Assembly (NCBI RefSeq): GCF_006345805.1
Contig: NW_021836136.1
Location: 1 to 64,000 of the forward strand
Length of the DNA stretch: 64,000 nt
DNA from: Octopus sinensis
Lineage: Eukaryota
Reading direction: 5' to 3'
Below are positions 14,221 to 28,569 of the stretch, one piece after another. The notes beneath the pieces are model-generated. The model ran no database searches, was not told the origin of the DNA, and saw only the letters and a list, made by a program, of their open reading frames with translations. A program made the position numbers and the translations under genes. Within the stretch, counting starts at the first letter, position 1. Each line of letters begins with the position of its first letter.

Positions 14221-15600
14221 TGTTTACTGTCAGAATAAAATAACTCAGTAACATAGTAGATATTAATAATAATACTTATGATGTAACTTGTCTGAAGACA
14301 ATGCACATATCAAGACAAAACTCTGAGTCCAACCTGACCAATAATATATATATATATATATATATATTGATTCTTTTGTAAGCACTAAATGATTCATTGA
14401 CTCCTAAATATTTGTATGTCTGTGAACTCTTATGCAGGTTATAGGTCTGTATATTTTATTGCTTCTTTAACCATGGTAATGAGAAGGAGTTTTCCAAGGT
14501 GATCCAGTCATGTATTGTCTCCAGCTCCATCAGTTTCTCATTAAGAACCTCAGCTAGCAAAATATTTGAATATTTTAACCAGAAGTGTAGAATCTTATCA
14601 TGTCCTGGTGCCTTCCTGCTGTTTATTTTTTGCAGTATCTGAGCTACTTCCGTTGCTATGGTCTCCTATGATTGCTCAGATGCTGTGTTCATTGTTTTGA
14701 ACAATTTCATCCGTGATTATTTCTTCACTGCACATACTCCTCCCCAGAATACTTCTACTTCACTTGATGTTCGTGTTCCACTGATTTGTTTTATTTTTAC
14801 CAAGTTCTTAATAAAATTGTTTTAAGTTTGAGCTGAAATGTTTGTTTTGTTCAAAGAACTGTGGTAATTTTTCATACCAATGGATTCTTTACAAGTTAAC
14901 AAGGATCTCTTATTTCAAGTGTTCTTTGATTTTAGGTACTTTTTTTTTGTTATGTTTGTGTTTCTGCAGTATTTGCCTCTTTTTCCCATTTTTTTTAACT
15001 TGTGTCATTCTGTTGTTCATTTCATTAAGGATTGAGAAATCTTTTTTGACTTGCTTACTTTTTCTGTATATTTGTTTTCCATGTTTGCTTGGGTTATAAT
15101 ATTCTAAACAATTATCATCATCATCATTATCATCATGCTTTCAAAAGTTTACGCAAGTTTCTACTAAACTACTAGACACACCTTTGTGTTTCTGAGGTGT
15201 GTGCAGAATTGTCTTTTGAGAATGTAAAATTATGTTTGTAAACGAAGTACAGTTTGCTTTGTTGTAGGATTTAGTTTGTTATTTCAGGTATTATCATAGT
15301 GTTTCATCTATTGTGCAGAGCATGTGCAACGTGAGTCATGTTGTTTTGTTTGTTGGTGTTTGTGTTTCACATGTACTGTGTGATTGGTGTTATTTTAGCA
15401 GCTGACAGTAACAGTGTTGTGTTGTGTGAGTCGATGCTGTCCAAATATCACAGAAAGAAGCTTGATTTTGGATTGGAACTGGTTCTTTCACTGTCGATGA
15501 AATTTTCAAAAATAAAACCAGTAAAACATATATGCTTGATTTAAGTGAAAAAGAGCTTAAAGAAATCTCAAAGAAAAACAAACAAGTGTGCATGCATGGT
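12750..15600 (-). mobile_element. Long, heavily decayed R4/Dong-like (RLE-type) LINE
   Basis: Minus-strand fragments in the expected order: QNKHFSSNLKQFY..EVEVFW; SRKAPGHDKILHFWLK (RT start); AKKRIYLGHDRV (RHD); KVSENDNATIL; KYKDI; TNKYNIQIMKLLGTG, which matches the C-terminus of the 41 kb copy. The 5' boundary is uncertain. Confidence 0.7.
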
Positions 15601-15919
15601 TCTTGATAGCTTGCTTGTTTTTGTTTGAGATTCATCTGAGATCTTTTTGCAGAATTCAAACATGCATGTTCTTCAGGTTTATTTTTAAAATTTTACCTGT
15701 AGAGGAACAGCAATGCATGCATGCATAAATAAATAAATAGATGCACATGCATTCATACATATATTCACACATATGCAACAGCATACATTCTTAGATAAAC
15801 ACTATTCACAAGGCTATCCACTAGAAAAACCGTTCTGAGAGTCATACAAAAGATACATTAGAGCCAGAATGCATTCACACATTTAAAAATAAGGAATGCT
15901 TGTAAAATATTCCAGTAAA

Positions 15920-16140
15920 AACATCGATCTTGTGCAAACATGCCGGACCTGATCTTGTTCTATGCGACAAGAAATAAAATCATGCAATGCTGCAAAGTTC
16001 AGCTGCCCAGCAAAAGTAAATATAAGTTGTGGAAAAAAAAATCTCTGGCAATCCACTATGGAACTTATAGTTCTTGTACTTTGGTCACAAATTCTCATTT
16101 ATACCTATTGCCAGCATTGCAGTAGGTTGTGTAACAACAG
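15920..16140 (+). mobile_element. Restriction-like endonuclease remnant of a second RLE LINE family
   Basis: Frameshifted fragments KHAGPDLVLCDKK, KFSCPAKVNI and KFSFIPIASIAVGCV resemble the RPD..D / EFSCP.D.NI / FIPI..GALG motifs. Confidence 0.5.
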
Positions 16141-18069
16141 ATTTGCATTAAAGCCAGGAAATGCCAGTGCTTTCCAAGAAGAAAGTAAACTGATTTGCAT
16201 TCTCTAAATTCAGTTAATTAGTGGTACAGTGAAGATTTGTAAAGAATTCAAGACATTTTTTTTTTTTTAGTTCCATGCAATGAATATATGCACACAATCA
16301 CATGTGCATCTGATATATACACATACATGAAATCAAATGTACATTGACATACATATGTATTAAGGCAATATACACCTGTTACATGATCACAGGTATATCT
16401 GGACATAGATGTATGGTCATACAAACAGAAATATTCAAAAATTTCTGGAAATGCCTTGACTACAACATAAGAAACTTATAATTCAGATACTAACTGGCAT
16501 AAAATCTGCAATGAAGATCTACAATGTCAAAGAAAATCCTTCATGCATGCATGCAAACTTTAATCTTGGAGATTTAATCTTTAGGTTCTTATCAGATTTG
16601 AAGCTGGTCACTAGCAATATGAAGAGATGCTGATACAATAAAAATTCTACTTGTATCGACATGTCTTAAGAATGCAAGAAACCAACATGCCAAAACTAAG
16701 ATGCGACTCCTAGTTATGTAGTTGCAAAAGAAATCAGGGTTTAACCAACAGAGGTGCAATGCCATAGATTAGCATCAAATAAAGAGTTTGGATATTCACT
16801 CCTACAGCTGGGACACAAGAAGCTGAGGTCAAAAATTAGAGATGGAGATTGATCACATCTTGCACGACTACGATCATAATAATCTTCCTCTAAGTGATAT
16901 GTTTACACTTTCAACAACTGTTTTCGGAGGTATAATCAATAAACAATGGATGGCAGAGCTGACCTTCCTGAGATTTTAAATCAAAAACTTAAATGACAAT
17001 AAGTATGTACTATCGTGTATTTTGTCAAAAAAACCCAACAATTTTAGTTGTTCACGACCTTCACTTTCAAGAATGGAAGTGCAAAAGAAAAAGTTCATTT
17101 TATAAATTTTGTTGTAACATTATATAAAATGTTTGTAGCTCATAATAAGTTTTAATTCAAACTAATCTCTAAGTAAGGATTTTTAAACAATGTTTTAAAA
17201 TTTCCTGTTTGATAATATTCTACAGATATTCATTACCCATTAAATAATTTCCTGAAAGCATCAAGACAAGTTTTCCCCATAAAGCGAGATATATTATAAC
17301 CAATGTTTATACCAGTTATTAGCAATAAGTTATTGACATATTAGCATATGTCATTATAGGTCATATTCTCAGGAAAGTAATTACTCTTGTGGATACTGCT
17401 TCTAACATATTTTTCACCAAAACTAAATAAAGAGTAACAATTTGGTGGAGGCTTAACTGTTTTAATAAGTTCATATTGCAAGAATATGGTTCTGGATTGA
17501 ACCCCACAGCATAGGTCTTTGGATTGCTATAGGCCTGGACTGACCTATGAATTCAAGGCAGAAACTGCACAAAGCCCAACATAAGAGGGAGAGAGAGAGA
17601 GAGAGAGAGAACAAGTCTGAGACTATGTGACTGCTTCTTTTCTAAAATTGCATAAACATTTTTTTTTTAAATCGCTGGATTGACATCAGTGTTCTCGGTT
17701 GTCATTTCCTCATCAACAAATCCTGCAGTAGCTCTGCTTTTGCTCATGAATAGAATAAAAATTCCCTTATTTCAAAATAGGTAAGGGTTAGGAGCAGGAA
17801 AGACATCCATCTGTAAAACAATGCACCAACAATATGCTCACTCAACCCATGCTATCATAGTAAAATCAATGTAAAATAAGTGAACAAATGAATTTACTCT
17901 AAACAATTTCTATTTTCAAATTTATCAATCAGTTGTATGATATAAATAGATTATATATGTGAGTTAGCTATTTCCATTACAGGTCAATCACACTCTATTA
18001 TGTATAATTTAACTGAAGATACATTTGTATCTAATATGATGTATGAGACTTTTTATATTGGTTTCTTAG

Positions 18070-18490
18070 TTGTACATCATTTGTACGATGTGGAAAATAT
18101 ACCGCCAACTTTGCCCAAACGACCTAAACATTAGCTTCAAGGTTCATCCAAGACTTGGACCACGGGCTATACGTCCCCTGCCCAATTCAAGATCCCAACA
18201 TACATGTACACTGCAACATAATTTCTTTTCCTCAACAGGCCCTGCCCTATTTAACATTGTCCCGAGAGAGATCAAAGAGGAAAAGGATCCCATCAACTTT
18301 AAACAGAGTCTGGATAGATTCCTTCAAAGAATACCAGATAAGCCACCCATAATTGGATACAACTCACCCAACAAGATCTCACTACTTGAACAAAACTTGA
18401 CTTAAACAGGATTCGAATAATCCTATCAGGTGGTGCTATTAAGTTAGACATGGCCTGGACCAATCTTTGGTCGAAACATATCTAAGTTTA
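18070..18490 (+). mobile_element. 5'-truncated CR1/L2-group LINE (ORF2 C-terminus plus 3' UTR)
   Basis: NFFSSTGPALFNIVPREIKEEKDPINFKQSLDRFLQRIPDKP...NKISLLE matches the typical CR1-group terminus (F...GP.LFN.LP..FK..LD.FL..IPDQP). Confidence 0.75.
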
Positions 18491-18863
18491 TACATTTTTT
18501 TAAAAAGTTGTAAAATGTGTGTTATGAAAGGTGAGGGAATAAAACTCAGCTTAAATGGGGCTAGATCCATCAGCTGAAATCATTCAAAACAACTGCACTA
18601 TAAGTAACATGAGGCAACAGTTTCAGGCATATTTCAGACAGAGGATTACAGCATGGTATTGACTTTGATTATCAGCATTAATAGCTTATTCTAACAGTGA
18701 TGCTTCCTCCTATTGTATTTGAAAAGTTCTGGGCTTTTACTGCTGAGCATATTTGCAAAGTATTTTGTTATTGCTGAGCATAATGAGAAGCATTTTGCTT
18801 GATTTGACACTTCAAAGAGTAGTGTTTGCATTTATATCATGTTAACCATCTTGATAATCATGT

Positions 18864-18905
<42 letters not shown>

Positions 18906-20534
18906 GTTTAGTCTCTCCACTATTAATTAATATCCAAATATGTTTTGGAAAATACTGTAATATTCTCTAGGTATCAGTAATGAAATGGATATTACTGGTG
19001 CAGACAAATTTTATAGCACTCAAAATGAATTATTTCAGGAGATTTCCATTAGCAAATTCTATTACCAGATTTGTTTGTTGAATCTATAGATTTATAGTAT
19101 GTAGAGGAAATGTAACTTAAAGGAATTTAGATGTCAAACAAACCTTAGACAAAATATAATTAAAACATATATTAATTTACAGCGATAACTATGATGAAAA
19201 TGATGATGAACTATAAACAAATTTTTTATCAGTCTAAAGCAATAGTCTTCTCCTAACAAATGCACTTATTGATAATGGAAAACCATTTATTATAAATTTA
19301 GTCTTAAGAAATGCTTCTTGTAAAACTGAAGACCTATGTTATATCACAAAATATATAAACTTGGATTCACACACAAAATTGATTATAAAATAAATGGCAT
19401 TAGACTCCCATCGTATGTTGGTTCATATTCATATACTGCTAACGTTGTTGTTACTTCATTTTATTTGAAACTATAGAAGAGATACAAATTGTAGTATATA
19501 ACAGTTCTAATCTATATGTTAATAGTGTACATATGATATATAATTTGTTTCCTCCTCTCCTCTTGTGTACACACATGAACTGAGCACGTACATGCTAATT
19601 TATATATTTCTACTCTAAGAGAAAATCTTAAAATGGAAACAGTCTTTGTACATTCTTAAACCAATGACACAATATAAAGCTTGTTATGCATTAAAATATT
19701 TTAAACACAAATTTAATCATAAAGTTAACTTGTTATTCAAGTATACTCATATCTAGAACAATAAAATAAATAATGTACAGTTCTTAGTGCAATGAATAAT
19801 TATAAGAGAAATTATACTCTAAATATGATGCAAAGTCTGGTCAAAAAAATTAGAAGTTGACAGTTTTCTATGTAATATTCTCTGAAAGATCAAATGGAAA
19901 CCTCAAAAAATTAATATGTTCTGTAGTTCTTCGACTTTGAAAAGCCTGTAGAATCGTATTTGCATTTTAACATAACTTTTTTTCTAATCAAATATAACAT
20001 AATGTTAAATGTATGCAACAAGGAAAATACATTTGCTTTGTGTGAAGATGTTTCACAAGATCTCACCGTTTCAATTATTATATTTTAGAAAATATAATGC
20101 AGACATTTTTGGATAATTTGGTGGTGAAAGTAAGCTATGTTCAGATCTTATTATTCTTATATGTAAACCTGTTCCTTCTTATTTATTTTCTTGTTTGCTA
20201 ATTTTTATTTTTACTCTTTAAATGACTACTGAGAGTTACAATAAATTGTCAAAGAATCTTTAGAAAATTTGTTAAAATGAAATATGAATTTGAGAATTTC
20301 TAAACATCTCATAAATTTCTACAGCTGTTCAGTGAAGCTCAATTTGAGGAGGATTAAAATATCTCAGCAACACTGCCTGTGAATGTGTGTGTGTGCGTGC
20401 GTGTGTGCACGTGAAAGACAGAGAAAGAAAGAGAGAGGGAGGGAAAGAGAGTGAATAAATGCATTGAAATGCCTGTGTATTTAAATGCAGATGCTGTAAG
20501 AATAAGTGTCTGACAAGACAGGAATGAATTGCTA

Positions 20535-20607
20535 TGTGAGTGTAATGTGTGTGTATATATATATATATATATGTATGAGTATATATATATGTGTGTGTGT
20601 ATGTGTG

Positions 20608-20647
<40 letters not shown>

Positions 20648-20695
20648 TAGAGATAGGTAGATAGATAGATATATAGATAGATAGATATGTGTGAG
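20535..20695. repeat. Compound (TG)/(TA)/(GATA) microsatellite
   Basis: Direct reading. Confidence 0.95.
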
Positions 20696-22202
20696 TGTTA
20701 GGGATTGTGAGTCTATGTTGGCAAATATATGCACAGAAGTAATAACACCTGTGTCCATACATGTTTGCATATATCAATCTTTTTGTGTATCCAATATGTA
20801 TGTCAATATATATATTTGGAATTATGGCTGTTCATTGTTGGTATGTACATCAGTGTGCAGGCATTGTGTGTTATGTTGATTCAGCAAATATACTTCAGCT
20901 AGAATTTGTACAGATATATTGAAATAATAAGCATAAAGATATGGAGATAAGGAAAACCTAGTAAGGAAGCCAAGAGCAAATCAGCTGGAATTCAATTCCC
21001 ATCTGGTTTGCTTCATATTCTATTTCCTTATTTTCCTAGAATTTATGAATGCCTCTATATTACACACATGTGAATATATTACACACGTTCACATGCAAGT
21101 GTGTGTGTGTGCATACAAACACACACACACAGAGGATAAAGTAAGCACACATATAAATGCAAACTTATGTGTTAACTGAAAATATACATAAACACAAAGG
21201 AATACACAGACATAAAGAAAGTGTGAGAAGTAAATGGGATTCATATCCATACTATTTGGAACACCAGTGTATGTTATGATTCAGATCAGGTTGTTTCCAT
21301 ATAAAATATTTCATTCATAAACTTGTACATATAATGATCAGAAACCTTCATGGAAATTTCCTTTCAGCTCAAAAGTTCATAGACGAGCAAGAATAAGACA
21401 ATGTCTTGACAATCATTTAGAACACAGTTAACTCCTTTCTTTGATCTAACACTACTTTTTCTACTACTGTTATATATTGCTGCTACTACTGCTACTACTG
21501 CTTTCTGCTGCTGTGATCTTGTGATGTACATTTAAGCACCTATTTTGACACCATTATCTGGTCCTTCAGAATCATTAGTGTGTTCACTTTGTTGCAAATA
21601 TTTAGGTAAAGTTTCTTGCCTGAGGTAACTCGCTCCCTTCTTTCTACCACCAGTTTTAGAGGTGCTGAAAATGTTCATGGTCACAGTCTTTTAGCCTCTG
21701 GTATAATCTTAAGGTATCATGTTAAGCTATGCCATGTATTTAAGAAACAAGTTTCATGTCATTCTTCCTCTACCCATTAAGGTCATTTCTCTTTGACATA
21801 ACTTTTTTCTATGCTACTTACATTTCTGTTATGGTTCTTGAGTTCTACAGTTAACATTTGTATAACATTGGTTGTTCAGTACCATCCCTACTGCCACTGC
21901 TCTCTTCTTCATCAGCATTACTGGCATTGTTTTAATATCCACTTCTCCCCCATTGCAAACATCAAACAGAATTAATTGAGGCAACTCCCACCTGTTTCCA
22001 AGCAAAGTAATATTTCCTCATGGTTAGACATATTTTGCTAGTCCTTTGCCTTGTCAGAGAGATTGGAATAAAGTTCAATATGCTCCAGGAATAGTATGAC
22101 AGTCAGCTTCAAAAATTGTAGGAGTCATAGTTTCTTTTCACACTTCAAAGTGAATTTTATACATATAAATACATATATATGTATAAATTCTCTAAATATC
22201 CT

Positions 22203-23318
22203 TGTACTGAGGAAGGAGTGGGGAGATTAGTGAAACCTTGGAGTGACACCATGTTGTGTGTGGTGTGCAAGAAGTAAGATGGAGGGGAGCCGCAGCTAGA
22301 TTCCTCAAAGGTAAGAGACAGAGATTCAAATTCTTCTGGGTTGGCAGGAAGGATGGACTGAGTGGAGTAGGTATACTGTTAGCAGAAAAGTAAGTAGATA
22401 AGATAATTGAGGTAGTCAGAGTACGTGATAGGGTAATGAAGATGTGATTTATCATATATAGATTAACAGTTACATTTGTCTCTACCTATGCTCCTCAGTC
22501 TGGGCTGACTGATGAGCAGAAGGACCAATTCTATGAGATCCTTCTGCAGACAACTTCAACAACAAATGACAGAGACTTTGTTACTGTGGCTGGTGACTTC
22601 AATGGACATGTTGGAAAGCAATCCCATGGATTCCAGGGAGTGCATGGAAGTTATGGTTTGGGGCCTAGAAATGAGGAGGGAACAAGACTGCTGGAGTTCT
22701 GTGGTGCAAATGATCTCATGATCTGCAGCATTAATTAAAAAAAAACAGCCAGCCACCTAATCTGGCGAGCACATAAGTCAGATTGAGTACTTCCTCACCA
22801 GGCAACGAGATAGATGGATGTTTAAAAATGCAAAGTCTTTCCCAGATAAAAAGTGTACAACCTAACATAGGCTACTAGTTAGTGGCTTCAGAATTAGAGC
22901 TAGAAAGACTTAGAGAAATCAATCAATTTGGAAAAGAAGTCTATGGAAGCTCAAAGACCCAGCAAACAGATAAAAATTTAGAGATTTACTAATGGAAGCT
23001 TCTGACAAAGGAGAGGAAGAGTTGGGAACATATAGCTTAGAAGACAATTGGGAATTTCTGTGCGACAATCTACTGAGGGCTACGGACAAAATCTGTGGTT
23101 GGTGCAGAGTCCCAGCTAGACTAAGAGTAACATAGTAGTGGAGCAAGGAGGTTGACAGTGCTATAAAGCAAAAAGACAGGCCAGGAAAAACTTGAAAAAT
23201 CGTTGGAAGCAGAGAATATTATCAGGTAGCCGAAAGGGCAGCTAGGCGTCAGGTATACATACCAAAAGGAGTAGCTGAAGGTAAGAGATTTGTAAATGTT
23301 CAGCAGCGTAAGGATCAG
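22203..23318 (+). mobile_element. RTE-clade LINE 5' part: apurinic-like endonuclease domain and linker, with stop codons
   Basis: One frame reads CGVQEVRWRG...FFWVG..GVGILL...VSTYAPQSG..EQKDQFY...AGDFNGHVG...GPRNEEG.RLLEFC with internal stops. Later fragments include LWKLKDP and WSKEVDSAIK. Confidence 0.88.
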
Positions 23319-23440
23319 AGTCACGGATCACAGTTGGATGCCCTTCCTAACACAGTCCCCATGCTCTCTCAATCTTGCTTTTGATCTTTAGCTCTCTCTC
23401 TCTCTCTCTTTATCTGTCTCTCTCTCTCCCTTACACATAG

Positions 23441-23455
23441 GCATTCAGACTTATG
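23441..23455 (+). CDS. Candidate 15-nt microexon (GCATTCAGACTTATG)
   Basis: Long (CT)n tract ending CCCTTACACATAG, donor ATG|GTCAGT, all three frames open. The tract is a microsatellite, so chance is possible. Confidence 0.3.
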
Positions 23456-23845
23456 GTCAGTTACAATTGCACTGATTTGTGTTTCTATATAAAGATGTAT
23501 GTGTATATTAGTGGCAACTCTAGTTTAATGATTCACTCACACAACTATATTAAAATTTTATTTGTCTTTACATTAATTCTAATTTTACATTAATTCTAAT
23601 AATGATATAATATTGGAAAAACATTACACAAACAAATTTTCAAAAATCAGTTCATTAATAATGTATCGCTACCTAGGAAATTTAAATAATGAATACTTGA
23701 GAATCAAAACCAGTAAACTAGACCTAGATTCATATATAAAAATTATAACATATTCTAATTAATTATGCCATAAGATCATTGCAGCAGAAATACAAAGTAT
23801 ACAGATATAAAATTCAATCTTTAACAACCTTACTTTCCTTTGCAG

Positions 23846-23968
23846 AATAACCAATGAGCAAAACATTGACAACTTTGAATTGAGTTACTAAAATTATATC
23901 GGGGAACAGAAAAATGAATTCTTAATTTATCTTATTACTAGCAAGAAATGCAAGTCATAATCAACTGG
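23846..23968 (+). other. Candidate 123-nt exon with stops in all frames (non-coding or poison exon)
   Basis: Acceptor CTTACTTTCCTTTGCAG and donor TGG|GTGAGT are both near consensus. Confidence 0.3.
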
Positions 23969-24059
23969 GTGAGTCTGCCTAGTCTTAGTTAATCACATAT
24001 ACTGCAGTAAAATCTAATATTGCAACATATTGGGTAAGACCCAGAGAATTCAATGGGCT

Positions 24060-24218
24060 TTTAATTTATTGGCCCTCACCAAAATAAAAACTGGAAAAAA
24101 AAGCACAAAAGAAAAGATGAAAGGCTGAGTCAACTTCAGTGGGATTTGAAATTATAAGTAACTAAACACTGTATAAGATTTTGCTTGTCACTATTCCAGT
24201 TCTGCCAATCCAGCACAC
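24060..24218 (-). mobile_element. Degenerate SINE family A
   Basis: GATGAAAGGCTGAGTCAACTTCAGTGGGATTTGAA...TTCTGCCAATCCAGC, homologous to 430-657. Confidence 0.55.
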
Positions 24219-24276
24219 TAAACTTACACTCAATAACGTCAAAGTAAAAAGCACATATCATGATAGTTTTGCTTGT

Positions 24277-24499
24277 TTAATAGTTTTGTTACAAACCTGG
24301 CTGAATCTGGCTCTGTAGTACAAATGTCTTGTTTTCATAAGTTTTGAATTAAAATCTCCCACCAAATCTTAGTTGTAATTTATGTTTCTAACACTAAGTT
24401 AATAATAACAAAGTTATTTTACTAAATTCTTTGTTATATTTAAAATAATTGAAAGAGATACAGAACATCTCAAAATAAATACGGTAACGAAAGGGTTAA
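24277..24499. mobile_element. TTAA-ended MITE (piggyBac-type ends)
   Basis: Right end GGTAACGAAAGGGTTAA (24483-24499). The left end TTAATAGTTTTGTTAC is a decayed inverse. Confidence 0.6.
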
Positions 24500-24502
24500 G
24501 CA

Positions 24503-25770
24503 CATCATCATCATTTAATGACCATGTGTCATAGTGGCATAAGTTGGATGGTTTGAGAAGATCCAGTGGGTTCAAAGACTGCATTGGTGCTCCAAATTCT
24601 GCTTTGCCATGGTTTCTGCAAGTAGGTGTCATTCCTAACACAAAACCATTTTCACTGTGTGGTTTACTTTTTGGGGAACTAGTACTAATGGAGTCACCAT
24701 GCAGTTTGCAAGACTAAGATTATTTTCAAATGAGGGGATCACCAGCAGAGGAGGCAGCTTTGTGCTGTGTGATGAGAGATTGAAATAAAAGAGAGAGGCC
24801 TCAAGTAGAATGAAATGTTTCTGCAGAGGGGCAACATAGATACTCACATTATAGAAGTGAAAGTGGAAGTAAACATGGTGTACCTGAATCGAGATGAGAA
24901 TAGCAGTGATGGCTGGATGGATCTTCAAAGTACAAGATAAGTAGCAGAGAAGACAGAAGAACAGAGAGTATGGATAGGCAGGGGTTATGAGAGTAAAACT
25001 TAGTTAGTAATGAGGAATGGGTCCAAGGGTGAGTATAATGAATAAAACAAGTGTTGAGAGATAAGTAAACATAGCAGGGAAGATATGGAAGAGTAGGTGA
25101 CAATGGTGGTTCAAGGGTGGATCCAGTGAATGGTGTATAAAAGGTGGGGGGTTATCAATGTCCAGTCTTTGAATACATTTGTACTTCTCCATTCATGCAC
25201 ATTTACGTTATACGGCCAAAAGATCATGCTTGCATCATTTCTTTCCAACTCCTCTACATTCAAGACTCATCTCTAATTATTATGCAGCATTACAGTTCTA
25301 ACACAAGTTTCATACAATCTTCCCCTCACTGTAAGGGGAAAGATCTTTGTTGTTAGTAGCAGTGGAAGTTCCTAGAACTTTTTCCAGTTCATTCTTAGAC
25401 TCACTATTATACTTTCAGAGCAACCATTTTCCCAACTAATTGAGTATTGCAGGTAAAAATAAGAGATGTTGACTACTTCTAGTGAACCATCCAGGCATTT
25501 AAGACAATCTATTTCCAGTATACTCATTGTATGTACTTCTCTGGTGCATCCATCACATATGACACTTACTTTCTCTGTTTGTCTGTCTTTGATTCCATTA
25601 CACCCTGTGTGTGTCTTAGATACAACATACAAGTTTATACCTTCTCCTTTTCTGCATATCAAGCAAGGCCATTTCTCTGAAGATAACAGGTTCCTGCCTC
25701 CTTACTAAAAACTTTAGTCTTTGCTAAGTTTATCTTGAATCCTCTTGATTCTAGGTTTGTGTCGATATAT
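24503..25770 (-). mobile_element. 5'-truncated RTE LINE (late RT region, long 3' UTR, (ATG)n tail)
   Basis: Minus strand: KINLAKTKV, SLEVV..YL..S..GCSES..RMNWKKF, RGRLYETCVRTVML, LERNDASMI. Same family as 28570-29883. Confidence 0.8.
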
Positions 25771-28290
25771 GCATACCTTACTTTCCATTAAGCAAAATGT
25801 CAATAGTAACTCAGACTTTGTTTTTAGTAAGCAAGGTATGTTAGATAAAAATATTTAATACTTATCTATAAACCACTTGATTAACATATTCTTCTCAATG
25901 TTTGGTGTGTATATAGTACCTGAACAACTACACTCTGGTATGAAATCATGAATTCATAAAAGAATGTAGAACTAAATCAAATCACAAATTAGATGTACTA
26001 ATCTTTACAGTGTATCGTTAACTGAATACTAATCTTTAAACAGCTGGTACATGTGAATACAAATAAAGCCATTGTTATTTTGGTATTTATTGATTACATA
26101 ACATCAAGGCTTGTTGTTGTCTCTTTCAGAAATCTTATAGGAAAACAAAATGCATAGCTGAATGACATAGAAATACAATACATATAAGAACACATATGTT
26201 TGTTTGTATATGTAAAATATTATATAACAAATGCATTTCCATTTATGAAACTCGAAACTCAAAACTAAGTGCAAAAAGCAAAGCTATGTATATGTTATAT
26301 CTTTTGGAGAAAATGTTCTTCCTAAAATCAACAATATAACTTATAAATTTGCAGTAATTTTCATCTATGCAAACAAATATGCAGTTTGACTACATCAAAC
26401 AAATACGCAATTTGACTATATAAACATACGACAATGTAAACATTATAATACTACAATTAATATCTAAACTCTTAATTCTTTAGAGGGTCATCAGCTCAAT
26501 CCCTTAAGCACATAAGGATTTCATCTTTATATTTCTTTTCATCCAACTGCTTTACATACTTTGTGATAATATCTTTAATAAGAATTGATTAACAAAAAAT
26601 AAATGCAGCCAATAAATACATTAATACAAATTCAATTTAGATGTCTTGGGATATTATAAGACCAAGAGATAAATGTGTCAAAGGAATATTAGCTTGTTAT
26701 CTATACAAGATCAATAAAATATGTTCTGATGCTACATAAGGTGAAGGAGATAAATATCTTTAAAGATCCTCAAAGTTCAAGTAGATTTCATAAGAGAGTA
26801 TCATCATAATTACTATCATCATCATCATCATCTGCAGATCATAGACTATCTCACTATAAAATATTCATTTTATTTCAAGAAACCACTGATAGTCATAATG
26901 GATACATTCAGAAAAATGGAAGTAAACTCAAGACTAATGCAATTATTTATATAGAAGTCACTAAGCTGTGCCATTAGGTTAATCGTTTTGGATCACATTA
27001 ACTTTATAAACACCACTGATAATAGTCTATGTGAAAATAGTAAGACCACAACAGATAAATGATAACAAAGAAACAAAGATGTAGGTTAGAAGACATTAGT
27101 GGAATAGAAAGAAGAAAAAAAAACAGTAATAGGTGAATTTGCTACAAAGTGGAGAGTTTGTTTGTTCAGTCACTTAGAAAAGGAAAAATATATAAGTGTT
27201 TAGTAAATAGTATAGTGAATGCAGAATGGAGTATATCAATGGTACATGTCATTCAAGGAAACTTAGATATAACAAGATCAAAAAAAGATTAAGTTAATAC
27301 AACTCGAGATTCAAATGCAAAGTAAAATTAATGCAGCAAAGTCAATGTAACATTGTTCTGGTAGGTTTAAAGTGGTTCAACTGAAGCATATCACTGTCTC
27401 TTCGACTTTGCAAAGATGAAAAACAAAGTGGATGCCAGTATGAAATGAACTTAGAAATCGTAGCATCAGAAAATTATTACGTATAAACTCAAGTTTTCAA
27501 CACTGTATCATATAAATATTAAACCAAAAAAAAAATGTTTCTCATTTGTTTTTAAGAGTAAATAAATGAGAAATGAATTTTGAAATTTGGGCAATAATTT
27601 GAAGTGATTTCATTCGAAGCATAAAGTTGTTAAACAACCTAAGGAAGAAAACTGTTGTCACATAAATTCACCATTATTATTTCACATGAACATTTGTAAA
27701 ACACAATTACTGAAGATTAAGCTCATTTACTTCAAATATACCTCAATTACTGGTATTGTGATATTTCTTCTTTTTTTATTATTTGTTACTGACTTATAAT
27801 CATTTCATAAAATAAAGGTATGTTATATCCCTGTATACTCACAATACCCCCACCTCCACACAGAATATATACATATATGTGTATAACGACTTTGACTGAT
27901 GTCTGGATATATCATTTGAGATTTTTATCATGAGATGTGATGTGGTGGCTGGTGTTAGACTTCCTGATGTAGCTCTTTATTTCCTATAAGAATTTATTGT
28001 TTGTTTGGGGGATTTATGTTCAATACATGTGTTTGTTTTTCTTTGTTTAGTTTCTTAGTGAGATGCCATATGAGATGCTGACATGCCAAGACTACCCACC
28101 TGATTTCTACTTGTCTTGTGAAATATACTGTTTAGGTTTTCTTATTTCATTTTGTTTATAAACTGCAGTATATATATACAGGGGACCCAGGTGTTATTAA
28201 ATTTTGAAAAACTGCAACTGTCTTTTGATGGAAGTGATGGGGTGAGTGGTCATCTTAAAAATTAGACAAGTGATCTTTTCTTTTGTTCAG

Positions 28291-28319
28291 TGAAGTCCTA
28301 GTTTGTAGTGATAGCTTTG
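28291..28319 (+). CDS. Candidate 29-nt microexon (only open frame: EVLVCSDSF, phase 2 to 1)
   Basis: Acceptor TCTTTTCTTTTGTTCAG, donor TTG|GTAAGT. Confidence 0.4.
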
Positions 28320-28409
28320 GTAAGTATGGAGAGATATGTAGGGATGTTGATATGGGTTGTTAAGGACATAATTAAAATTGAAATATCTGTTGTGTCATCA
28401 TACACACAC

Positions 28410-28466
<57 letters not shown>

Positions 28467-28569
28467 AACACATCAGAAACCAGAATAAAACAGGATAATT
28501 AGTTTATCTATTTATTGTATTATCATAAATTATATAATCATAATACATGCTTCATTAGCAATGACTAAT

